A stretch of 36,604 bases of DNA, from sequence record DRR378314_2387; one strand, written 5' to 3'. The translations under genes were made by a program, and so were the position numbers. Below, one piece after another: positions 16,534 to 24,766 of the stretch (the stretch's first letter is position 1; every line of letters begins with the position of its first letter). The notes beneath the pieces were generated by a model that saw nothing but the letters and a program-made list of their open reading frames with translations, made no database searches and was not told the origin of the DNA.

Positions 16534-17268
16534 ATGAAACTAAGACAATCAATATATATAACAGCTCTTGCGTTGAGCTTCGGACTGGTAGTGAGCTGTA
16601 GCAACGATGACAACGGAACCTTCATGGATGACGACATGATGATGGAAGATGATGACATGATGGATGACGACGATATGATGGGCGTAGATTTTACAGGAAC
16701 ATTTGCACAAGTAGACCACTTGGGACGTCCGGGAATCAACACAACCTTAAGCTTTGATATGGAAGGTGAGGCAAGTGTTAAAGATGCACATAATACCACA
16801 ATTCCTTCGGAAATGAGTGCAGCGTTCCAAGCGGGATTCCAAGCTAGATTGGAGCAATACCACGATGTGTATGCCCTTAAACTGGGATTGGACCCTGCAG
16901 ATGTGAATTATGAGAACAATATTCTGGGATTGGATGCTGCAACACTGACTACGGTTTTGGCGGCTGATGTTCTGGACGTAGCTCCGGATCTACCAACTAC
17001 TTACTTTAATCCAGGAACAGACCTTGATAACGATGGTAATGTATTGGTACCCGATGGAGATGAGGTGGCCCTAACAGGAAGACATCCGAACGATGATATT
17101 ATCGACGTATCTCTGATCTTATTCTTTGGAGGTATGGAAGGAGACCGTTTTAGCGGTCAAGATCTAGATGATGATGGTATGGCCGATTTGCCAAGACTAA
17201 CATCTGACGGTGTTGGGCTAACGGCAGATATTTCAACCACGTTCCCATATTTGGGAGCTCCTGAGTAA
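16534..17268 (+). CDS. DUF4331-related lipoprotein (C-terminal-type half) with Met/Asp-rich linker
   Basis: Lipobox VVSC; QVDHLGRPGIN, LTGRHPNDDIIDVSL, FPYLGAP motifs. Confidence 0.8.
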   Translation: MKLRQSIYITALALSFGLVVSCSNDDNGTFMDDDMMMEDDDMMDDDDMMGVDFTGTFAQVDHLGRPGINTTLSFDMEGEASVKDAHNTTIPSEMSAAFQAGFQARLEQYHDVYALKLGLDPADVNYENNILGLDAATLTTVLAADVLDVAPDLPTTYFNPGTDLDNDGNVLVPDGDEVALTGRHPNDDIIDVSLILFFGGMEGDRFSGQDLDDDGMADLPRLTSDGVGLTADISTTFPYLGAPE

Positions 17269-17284
17269 TTGCTATGAAAAGGAT

Positions 17285-17435
17285 GGGGCTGTTTGAAAAG
17301 TATTGAAATGCGTCATTCTGAACCTGCCTGTCGGCAGATAGGTTTATTTCAGAATCTCATCAACATAATAAACAAATTGTTATGAGAACCTGAACCATGT
17401 TCAGGTTGACGAAAACCGACATTTTAGACAGCCCC
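17285..17435 (+). mobile_element. Intact 151-bp nested palindromic MITE/REP-like element
   Basis: Outer imperfect TIR ggggctgtttgaaa/ttttagacagcccc; inner cgtca...tgacg enclosing three hairpins; partial copies at both window ends; no transposase and no clear TSD. Confidence 0.75.
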
Positions 17436-17462
17436 TTATTTAATTTTAAAAACAACAACAAG

Positions 17463-18752
17463 ATGAAAACTACAATACAATATATCTTTCTGCCACTGGC
17501 CTTATTGTTTTTGGCATCGTGTCAGCAAGAAGAAGCAACTTTTAAAACAGACAGAAACGATTACGACCAATTTTTGGCAGCGGAACCTGTAAAAGCAACA
17601 TCCAAATATTTCAAACTTTGGGATAACAAAATAAAATCCGATAGCATGCAGTTGCTTAGTTTGGGCAACGTAGCTGGAGAATACAGCCGTTTTTTTAAAG
17701 GAACGGGTGATATAAAATATCTAAAAGACGCCGAGCAATCCCTTAAAAAAGCAGTGGAGATTGCCGCTGTGGGCAAATCGGGATACTTAAGGGCCTTGGC
17801 CAGGAATTACATTTCCCAACACCGTTTTAAAGAAGCCTTGGTTTTGGCAAAAAAAGCAAGAAAATTGGGAAGTGGCGTCAACGAAACACAAAGCTTGTTT
17901 TTTGACTTGCACATGGAGTTGGGCAACTATAACCTGGCAAACCAATATTTGGACAGCATCCAGAACATGTCCGACTTTGGTTATTTGATTCGTGTGGCAA
18001 AATGGAACGATCACAAAGGTGATTTGGATACAGCCATTGCGTTTATGGAAAAAGCTACGGCAAAAGCGGAATCATCCAAAAACAGAGACCTGTTGCTTTG
18101 GTCCTACACCAATCTTGCTGATTTTTATGGACATGCAGGGCGTATAGAAGACTCCTATAATCTATATCTAAAAGCACTTCAAATAGACCCGCAGAATGCC
18201 TACGCGAAAAAAGGAATTGCCTGGATAGTGTATTCTCATGAAAGAAACGGGACTGAAGCCCTTCGGATTTTGGATTCCATCATGAAAAAGAACAAGTCTC
18301 CGGAATACTATCTGTTAAAAGCTGAAGTGGCGGACTTCTTAAAAGATGAAATGTTACGGGTGCAATCCTTGGATGACTATTATAAGGCCATACAAAAAAA
18401 CAAGGATTACGGTGATATGTACAACGCATATAATGTTGATTTTCTGTTGAGTATGGATGTGGAACATAAGGCATTAAAACTTGCGCAGGAAGAGGTCAAT
18501 AATCGCCCCACCCCGGAATCTTATGGATGGTTGGCCTATAGTTTGCTCCATATGGGAGAGAAACAAAAAGCTATGGAGGTGATTGAGGAGCATGTGGTCG
18601 GTGCTACGTTTGAACCTGCAATTCTACACCAAGCAGCAGAAATCTACAAGGCAAACGGAAAAACCAATAAGGTGAGTGAGCTAAAACAAGAATTAATGGG
18701 GGCAACCTATGAGCTCGGCCCTGTAAAAGAGGCACAAATAGCCAGTCTTTAA
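17463..18752 (+). CDS. TPR-repeat lipoprotein
   Basis: Lipoprotein signal from 17463 (FLASC); multiple TPR motifs (e.g. YLKALQIDPQNAYA), EVNNRPTPESY. Confidence 0.85.
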   Translation: MKTTIQYIFLPLALLFLASCQQEEATFKTDRNDYDQFLAAEPVKATSKYFKLWDNKIKSDSMQLLSLGNVAGEYSRFFKGTGDIKYLKDAEQSLKKAVEIAAVGKSGYLRALARNYISQHRFKEALVLAKKARKLGSGVNETQSLFFDLHMELGNYNLANQYLDSIQNMSDFGYLIRVAKWNDHKGDLDTAIAFMEKATAKAESSKNRDLLLWSYTNLADFYGHAGRIEDSYNLYLKALQIDPQNAYAKKGIAWIVYSHERNGTEALRILDSIMKKNKSPEYYLLKAEVADFLKDEMLRVQSLDDYYKAIQKNKDYGDMYNAYNVDFLLSMDVEHKALKLAQEEVNNRPTPESYGWLAYSLLHMGEKQKAMEVIEEHVVGATFEPAILHQAAEIYKANGKTNKVSELKQELMGATYELGPVKEAQIASL

Positions 18753-18816
18753 TTTCCCCCTCAAAGAACCTGGGTTGGAGATCTAAACGGTCTCAGCTTG
18801 GTTGTTGTTTTTAGGT

Positions 18817-18847
18817 GCGCCATGGTGTAAAGCCATGGCGTTTTTTT
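18817..18847 (+). terminator. Intrinsic terminator of DUF4331/TPR operon
   Basis: cgccatgg/ccatggcg stem followed by T7. Confidence 0.85.
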
Positions 18848-19385
18848 ATTCTTCGGAGATAACTTCTTCCGTATCTGTTTTTTTCTCTTTTAAAATTTCA
18901 ATTCCTTTTTGAATCACCAAATTCGTGGGTATGGTTATTTGCTTACCATCATCTGTCCGCATAAAAAGATAAAAACCGCTGATGTCCTCAACCTTGCCTG
19001 TCCAGTCAAAGTCTTTGTCCATTACTCGTATTCTATCGCCCAATCGCAGCGGATGATTGAAAAATAAAATTACGCTGGCCGTTAAATTTGATAAAATGGA
19101 CCATTGCGCTACAAACCCGATACCCAAAATGGCTAAAATTGAGGATAAGAATACCGAAAAATCATTCAAATCAACACCCCATATCAACGATAAACCAATA
19201 AATGCGACCAAGTAAAACAACAAGTTGCTCAGGTAAAAAATAATTTTCCTGCTATTCATGTCAATGGAACTTGTTCTGCCAAAGCGCCTAATACCTCTTT
19301 TACTTAAAGAATTGAGGGCAATGATAACCGCTAAAAGGATAATAGTGAATAATATCTCGGATTTAAAACTCATAATGTCAAACAT
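18846..19385 (-). CDS. Short MscS-family mechanosensitive channel protein
   Basis: Three TMs, ILSNLTASVILF, PLRLGDRI, GKVEDI, ITIPTN. Confidence 0.85.
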   Translation of the reverse strand: MFDIMSFKSEILFTIILLAVIIALNSLSKRGIRRFGRTSSIDMNSRKIIFYLSNLLFYLVAFIGLSLIWGVDLNDFSVFLSSILAILGIGFVAQWSILSNLTASVILFFNHPLRLGDRIRVMDKDFDWTGKVEDISGFYLFMRTDDGKQITIPTNLVIQKGIEILKEKKTDTEEVISEE

Positions 19386-19455
19386 AATGGTTCTTAGTAA
19401 ATTTGGTTTAACTTATACTTCTAAACTACGAATAAACCCTTTCATATTTTAAGGC

Positions 19456-20436
19456 ATGCAAACAGATTTTGAAGAAAATTCATGGGTGATCAATTACTCG
19501 CCGGACAATTACTATAATCGAAAATTTTCTTTGCAGGAAGATGTACAACTTTCCAAAGGGGATAAATCCATTACTTGGATAAACACCTATGGACTGAACT
19601 ATATGGATGAGTTTAGACAAATGGTAGATGGTAATGGTCTGGATGATTTTTTACTACGATTGTTGTTGAATCAAAAATTGGGAAATAAGGTAATAGTGCT
19701 GGAAGATCAGCTATTTATAGCGGCCCGAATTCTAAAAACAGAAGGCTATGGTATGGAATCTGAACAGATGTATTTTGTGGTTTCCAAAGATTTTAATTGG
19801 TGCATCCAAGAAAAACGGGGCGACCATTTTGACTGGATTCGACAACGCATATTCGAAAACAAGGGCATCATCAGAAAAAAAAGGGCGGATTACCTTCTCT
19901 TCTTTATTTTGGAAACCTTGATTACCAATTACAAGGAAAAATATGAAGAAAGCGTGTTGATGGAAAATGCATTGGATGCCATTGTTAAACGAGAGCCAAC
20001 TCCGGAGTTTATGTTTGAGGTGGAGCAGAAAAAGGCGCTTATTCAGGATTTTAAGAAAGCATCACATGGGCTTAGGGATATCATCATAAAATTGGAAAGG
20101 GTAGAGGTAAAGGGGTTCCAGACCAAATATTTTAGTGAGCTCCGTGAGCAGATAAATGGTTTGATTGCCGACATTGACTCCGATATTATGGAGCTGGAAA
20201 GCCAAATCAACCTATTTTTTAGTGTACAGGGCCATCGGTTGAACGAAGTGATGAAAACCCTGACCATTTTCTCGGTCGTTTTTATCCCGCTCACTTTTTT
20301 GGCAGGGATATACGGAATGAACTTTGAGAACATGCCAGAACTAAGATCACCTTACGGATATTTTATATTGTTAGGGGTAATGTTGGTGGTCACCTTGATT
20401 TCCATCATAATTTTCAAGCGAAAAAAATGGTTTTAA
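19456..20436 (+). CDS. corA: CorA-family Mg2+/Co2+ transporter
   Basis: LNEVMKTLT..PLTFLAGIYGMNF.NMPEL signature, C-terminal KRKKWF. Confidence 0.93.
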   Translation: MQTDFEENSWVINYSPDNYYNRKFSLQEDVQLSKGDKSITWINTYGLNYMDEFRQMVDGNGLDDFLLRLLLNQKLGNKVIVLEDQLFIAARILKTEGYGMESEQMYFVVSKDFNWCIQEKRGDHFDWIRQRIFENKGIIRKKRADYLLFFILETLITNYKEKYEESVLMENALDAIVKREPTPEFMFEVEQKKALIQDFKKASHGLRDIIIKLERVEVKGFQTKYFSELREQINGLIADIDSDIMELESQINLFFSVQGHRLNEVMKTLTIFSVVFIPLTFLAGIYGMNFENMPELRSPYGYFILLGVMLVVTLISIIIFKRKKWF

Positions 20437-20489
20437 GGTCTAATCCTCTTCATAAACAGACTGGATAGGGTATTGCCCATTTTTATCCA

Positions 20490-20533
20490 ATGATAAACAT
20501 CATATTCTTGCCAATTGTCGTTAGGTAGATTTG
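20490..20533 (+). promoter_or_regulatory. FNR/Crp-type box plus -7 element upstream of ompW
   Basis: ATGAT-AAAC-ATCAT palindrome (20490-20503) and TAGATTTG (20526-20533). Confidence 0.65.
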
Positions 20534-20558
20534 TCTCATCATTTTAAAACAACACACG

Positions 20559-21206
20559 ATGAGAAGAAAAATACTAATAGCAGTAATGACTTTAATAGGG
20601 TTGAGCAACTTGGCAATTGCACAGAACGCCCCCGCAGATAATGGAAGCAAGTGGCAATTTAGATTGAGAGGAATTGTGGTTTCTCCTGACGAAAGCGCCG
20701 ATATCGAAGCCATTGGCGGAGACGTTGATATTTCCACTTCCGTTGTTCCCGAGTTCGACATTACTTACTTTTTTGATGATAATTGGTCTTTGGAACTAAT
20801 CTTGGCAACCACTAAACACGATGTTGAGGCTGTGGGCACTGCTGCAGGTAATATTGATTTGGGAAGTGTGTGGTTATTACCGCCAACGCTTACAGCACAG
20901 TACCATTTTACAGGAGGTGATTTTGTTCCTTATTTGGGCGCTGGTCCCAATTTAACCCTATTTTACGGTGTTGATGAAGGACCAACCGCCGATGATGTTG
21001 AGTACGATACTGCTGTTGGCTTTGCATTACAAGGAGGGTTCGATTTTAAGCTAAATGATAAATGGTTCTTGAACTTTGATGTCAAAAAATTATTCCTGAA
21101 CACTACTGCCACTGTTGATGCGACCACTGCTTTAGGAGCTACTGTGGATGCTGATGTGGACATTAACCCTTGGATATTCGGGATTGGTGTAGGTATCAAA
21201 CTTTAA
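20559..21206 (+). CDS. ompW: OmpW-family outer-membrane protein
   Basis: Signal peptide, WLLPPTLTAQYHF, PYLGAG, DINPWIFGIGVG. Confidence 0.92.
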   Translation: MRRKILIAVMTLIGLSNLAIAQNAPADNGSKWQFRLRGIVVSPDESADIEAIGGDVDISTSVVPEFDITYFFDDNWSLELILATTKHDVEAVGTAAGNIDLGSVWLLPPTLTAQYHFTGGDFVPYLGAGPNLTLFYGVDEGPTADDVEYDTAVGFALQGGFDFKLNDKWFLNFDVKKLFLNTTATVDATTALGATVDADVDINPWIFGIGVGIKL

Positions 21207-21240
21207 TATTCGATTGTTTTTTTAGGTTATTTAAGTTTTC

Positions 21241-21272
21241 AAGGCAGTTTGGTTTATCCGACTGCCTTTTTT
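21241..21272. terminator. Terminator between convergent ompW and anti-sigma genes
   Basis: aaggcagt/actgcctt stem followed by T tract. Confidence 0.8.
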
Positions 21273-21282
21273 CTGCCCAAAG

Positions 21283-22083
21283 TTAGGAACCAACCGCACC
21301 TAAGGTGTACAATTGATCCAAGGTTGGGTTTTCGCTACCACCTTCGGGTTCCAACGTAATACCGAAAGCTTCAGATTCGTTTGCGTTTTCCAAGGTAAAG
21401 AGCTTGGTGTCCTGCGATGCAAAATCATCCAACAATCCGATACTGGTAGGGGTGAGCGGATTCAATTTTAGGGACCAAACCTGATAGGTGAACCCATCCG
21501 GAGGTTCAGGAAGGCCCTGCGCATCGATGATTACTTTGTTTTCTTCCTTGTTCCAATATGCTTTGGCATAAGATTCGGGCGATACTGTTTGTCCGCCAAG
21601 GGCTACTACGGCTACATTTCTATCGCGAATCTCTTGCAATAAGGTTTCCTTGGAAGTGATTTCTTCTTGTGTATCGGATAGGATATCTTCCAAGCTTTGC
21701 TTTTCTTGATTGGTAAGCTCTATCTCGGACTTGAGTTTGGAGTTTTCAGTATACATCCAGAACAAACCTATGGCCAATAAAATAGATGCTGCCCAGCCTA
21801 AATAACTGCCCCAAGGAGTTCCCTTGCTCGAAGCTTGAGGGGTGAATGGAATAACATCGTCTATTTCGGCTTTTACCTTTGCAAAACCATTTTTTGGCAT
21901 TTTAGGTGAAGCAGCTTTTGTAAGCTCAAGAATGGCTTTCTCAATTTCCTCTATCTCCTTCCTGATTTCAGGATACTGAATGGCATAATGTTGCACCTCC
22001 AGATTTTCCTCAGGGGACAATGCTCCGGCAACGTAGAGTTCCAATTTTCCAGACGCTATGTATTCTTTCACATCCATGCTCAT
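21283..22083 (-). CDS. RskA-type anti-sigma factor
   Basis: LELYVAGALS, single TM, coiled coil, GLPEPP..YQVW, AFGITLEPEGGS..PT. Confidence 0.9.
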   Translation of the reverse strand: MSMDVKEYIASGKLELYVAGALSPEENLEVQHYAIQYPEIRKEIEEIEKAILELTKAASPKMPKNGFAKVKAEIDDVIPFTPQASSKGTPWGSYLGWAASILLAIGLFWMYTENSKLKSEIELTNQEKQSLEDILSDTQEEITSKETLLQEIRDRNVAVVALGGQTVSPESYAKAYWNKEENKVIIDAQGLPEPPDGFTYQVWSLKLNPLTPTSIGLLDDFASQDTKLFTLENANESEAFGITLEPEGGSENPTLDQLYTLGAVGS

Positions 22084-22607
22084 GCCATATTTTTTCTAAT
22101 ATTCGAAATACAGCTTCTAATCCTTGTTTTTATTGTGCCAACAGGCGTGTTGAGCTCCTTGGCAGCCTCTTTTTGGGTATATCCTTTAAAGTAAAGCATA
22201 TCTATTAATAAAATGCACTTTTCCTTAAGGCCTTTTAATAAGGACTGAAGACCAATGGTGTCCATTTTACTGTTTAGATCTTCACCGTTTTCAAAAATAC
22301 CTACGAGAGAATCCACCGGAAGGTTCTTTTTTTGGTTTTTATGGGTTTTAGAACGCACTTCATCGATAGCAGCGTTCCTGGCAATATTCAATATCCACGT
22401 AAAAAAACGTCCCTTGGAGGCATCATATTGGTTTGATTTCTCCCAAATCTTCACAAATACATCTTGGCAAATCTCTTGCGAACGTTCTGCATCTTTGACA
22501 ATTACATTGATTGCCCCACAAATATTTTCCGCATACATATTGTACAAGGTCTCAAAAGCGACCTTATCCTTTTTCTGAAATTGTTGTATGAGGTTGTCCA
22601 GATCCAT
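22080..22607 (-). CDS. ECF RNA polymerase sigma factor (SigK-like)
   Basis: Region 2 (QDVFVKIW, FFTWILNIARNAAID) and region 4 (GYTQKEAA..PVGTIKTRIR); 4-bp overlap with the anti-sigma gene. Confidence 0.92.
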   Translation of the reverse strand: MDLDNLIQQFQKKDKVAFETLYNMYAENICGAINVIVKDAERSQEICQDVFVKIWEKSNQYDASKGRFFTWILNIARNAAIDEVRSKTHKNQKKNLPVDSLVGIFENGEDLNSKMDTIGLQSLLKGLKEKCILLIDMLYFKGYTQKEAAKELNTPVGTIKTRIRSCISNIRKNMA

Positions 22608-22626
22608 TGAAGTTGGCTAAATATAT

Positions 22627-22656
22627 AAAAAAAGAGCTGCTCTTAACAGCCCTCTT
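22627..22656 (-). terminator. Probable terminator after YceI gene
   Basis: Minus strand agggctg/cagctct stem (one G-U) followed by T tract. Confidence 0.6.
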
Positions 22657-22683
22657 CATAAATCTTTGTTGAAAAGCTATTGC

Positions 22684-23304
22684 TTATTTCTGCTCCAATA
22701 AAACAGAACCTTCGATAGCAACATCCTCCCAAGTTTTGCTGACACCATCGGAACCAGTGTGTAATATTTTGCAAGCTTCGTTCAAAGAAGCCAAGGCATC
22801 CAAAGCATTCCATTGCTTCAAGTCCATAACCCCCGAGAAATTTACATGATTGTCATCTGTGATTTCATATTCCATGGGCAGTTCTGTGGATACACCGTTC
22901 ATACTAAGTTTAACCGTACAACTTTTATCATCCTTAAAAGCAAACCTACCTGTAATGGATTGGGTCTCTGCCATTTTCTCAAAAAAGAATTCAATGATTT
23001 TTGGATCTCTTGTCTTTGTTGGGTCATTGGTAAAAAGGCTGCTTATCGGAATATTGAACTCTAGCCCGTTCAATGTTTCCACCGGAGTTTCTCCAGCGTT
23101 GTATGTCAATTCGACTTCTTGAAAAGTTCCGCCAACGGGAACTTTGTCTGTTGTTTTGTAAGCGGTAAATCGCACATCGGTAGAATCCTCTACAATACTA
23201 TAAGTTGCAACGGCTTCTTCTGTTTTTTCTTCTTTTTTGGTTTGTTTACAGCTGAAAGCGGCTACCAGCAATAGTCCCAATGCGGCAATTTGAATTTTTT
23301 TCAT
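22684..23304 (-). CDS. YceI-like lipoprotein
   Basis: Lipobox AFSC; FTAYKT..PVGGTF, RDPKI..FF, SKTWEDV. Confidence 0.75.
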   Translation of the reverse strand: MKKIQIAALGLLLVAAFSCKQTKKEEKTEEAVATYSIVEDSTDVRFTAYKTTDKVPVGGTFQEVELTYNAGETPVETLNGLEFNIPISSLFTNDPTKTRDPKIIEFFFEKMAETQSITGRFAFKDDKSCTVKLSMNGVSTELPMEYEITDDNHVNFSGVMDLKQWNALDALASLNEACKILHTGSDGVSKTWEDVAIEGSVLLEQK

Positions 23305-23358
23305 GTCTGTTTTTTTGAATTTAGGTTCAAGTTAAGCAATATTTAAAGGGGTGTCAAC

Positions 23359-23389
23359 AAAAAAAAAGCCGCCCAAAAGGACAGCTTTT
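23359..23389 (-). terminator. Intrinsic terminator after sodC
   Basis: Minus strand agctgtcc/gggcggct stem with two G-U pairs followed by a long T run. Confidence 0.75.
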
Positions 23390-23411
23390 CACTATGGTTG
23401 TTTTTTAAATA

Positions 23412-23999
23412 CTATTGAATTATTCCGGTACATGCTATTCTAGCACCAGCGGCTCCCGAAGGTTGCGATGTAAAATCGTCCACCCCTTGGTGCACTATTA
23501 CCGCTTTGCCCAAAATATTCTTGTTTTCGTCATCACAGCCAATGCACCATTCGTCCGTAGCAAATTCCACGGTAGCGTTTCCATCGGCATCGGCCATAAA
23601 ATTACCAATGTCACCTTTGTGGTAGCCATCCTCAGAGCCCCATTTTCCATGTTGCTCGTAGGTTGGGTTCCAATGTCCTCCGGTAGATTTTCCATCGGCC
23701 GAGGAACAATCGGCTTTTTCGTGCAGGTGGATAGCATGTTCACCTTCGTCGAGTCCTAAAAAGGTAGCTCTCATGATTACTTCTCCTTCATTTTGGGTAA
23801 AAACAACTTCACCGCTTACATTACTATCGCTTTTGGGTTCCATTGTAAACGTAATGACTTCAGGGTCAATTTGCTCTGCAACTTGTTCAACAGTCTCCTC
23901 AACTTCTTCCGTTGTCTCTTCTGCTTCTTTTTTTGCTTGTTTACAGCTAAACGCTGTTATAAATACTAGCGCCAAGGCTGTTATTTGTACTTTTTTCAT
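23412..23999 (-). CDS. sodC: Cu/Zn superoxide dismutase, lipoprotein
   Basis: Lipobox AFSC; HAIHLH, GGHWNP, HG, YHKGD, VIVH and GARIAC; metal ligands and active-site Arg present. Confidence 0.93.
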   Translation of the reverse strand: MKKVQITALALVFITAFSCKQAKKEAEETTEEVEETVEQVAEQIDPEVITFTMEPKSDSNVSGEVVFTQNEGEVIMRATFLGLDEGEHAIHLHEKADCSSADGKSTGGHWNPTYEQHGKWGSEDGYHKGDIGNFMADADGNATVEFATDEWCIGCDDENKNILGKAVIVHQGVDDFTSQPSGAAGARIACTGIIQ

Positions 24000-24073
24000 T
24001 AAAAATGATTGTTTTTTAGATTAGTTAAAAAGGTAGGCATTATTTCTGCCGCTGTCAAGCTTTTTAGGTATTT

Positions 24074-24766
24074 CTATGGTTTCTTCTTTTTGAACAGCCC
24101 TCTCAAGTCTGGATTGTAAAAAACTGCGAACTGCAAGCGGTCATAAACGGCATTGCTAAATTGGTTTCTCAAGTAACCCAATTGCACATTGCTGTTTTCA
24201 GTTATGTTTACACCGATTGCGCCATACAACCTGTTTTGGTCAAATAGATTATCCTGTAGGTTGATGAACAATTCATCATAAAAATTAAGGAAAAAGGTGT
24301 TGGTGAGGGGCAATGTCATCTGAATGCGATAACGAGCCCTATGTTGGGTATCCGTAACACCTCCAAAGTCAAAAAAACGCTGCTCCAAACGATAGCGATG
24401 TTCAAATAGGAATTCCCAAACCTTGTCCCTTAAAATAAATTGTTCAAAAATCCGATGCTCCCTGCTGTCCACTTGATCCATGATATCCGCAAAAGAGGTG
24501 TCCGTTTGGATATAGGCATAGCCTGCTGTGGCAATTGCATTGGGGTTGATGTGATAATTGAGACCTGTTCGCAACAACATTTGGTTAAAGTTGCTCGTTG
24601 GCTCGTAGTAACGGAATTGGGCCTCGGTATGTAAACTAAAGCGTTCTGAAATCTTGTTCATTCCAAAATACATGTACCAAGCGCCCAACTCATCCTCGCC
24701 AGGTTGTTGTGCATTTATGGTCGATAATCCAAATAAGATAAATAGGGGTGCTAATTTTTTGATCAT
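24074..24766 (-). CDS. DUF2490-family outer-membrane beta-barrel
   Basis: Signal peptide; EHRIFEQ, HRYRLEQR, RARYR, YDELF, DQNRLY motifs. Confidence 0.85.
   Translation of the reverse strand: MIKKLAPLFILFGLSTINAQQPGEDELGAWYMYFGMNKISERFSLHTEAQFRYYEPTSNFNQMLLRTGLNYHINPNAIATAGYAYIQTDTSFADIMDQVDSREHRIFEQFILRDKVWEFLFEHRYRLEQRFFDFGGVTDTQHRARYRIQMTLPLTNTFFLNFYDELFINLQDNLFDQNRLYGAIGVNITENSNVQLGYLRNQFSNAVYDRLQFAVFYNPDLRGLFKKKKP

Noticed and set aside
17397-17462. N-terminal extension of the TPR ORF (MFRLTKTDILDSP...)
   Set aside because: The ATG lies inside the palindromic element; the lipoprotein signal peptide begins at 17463
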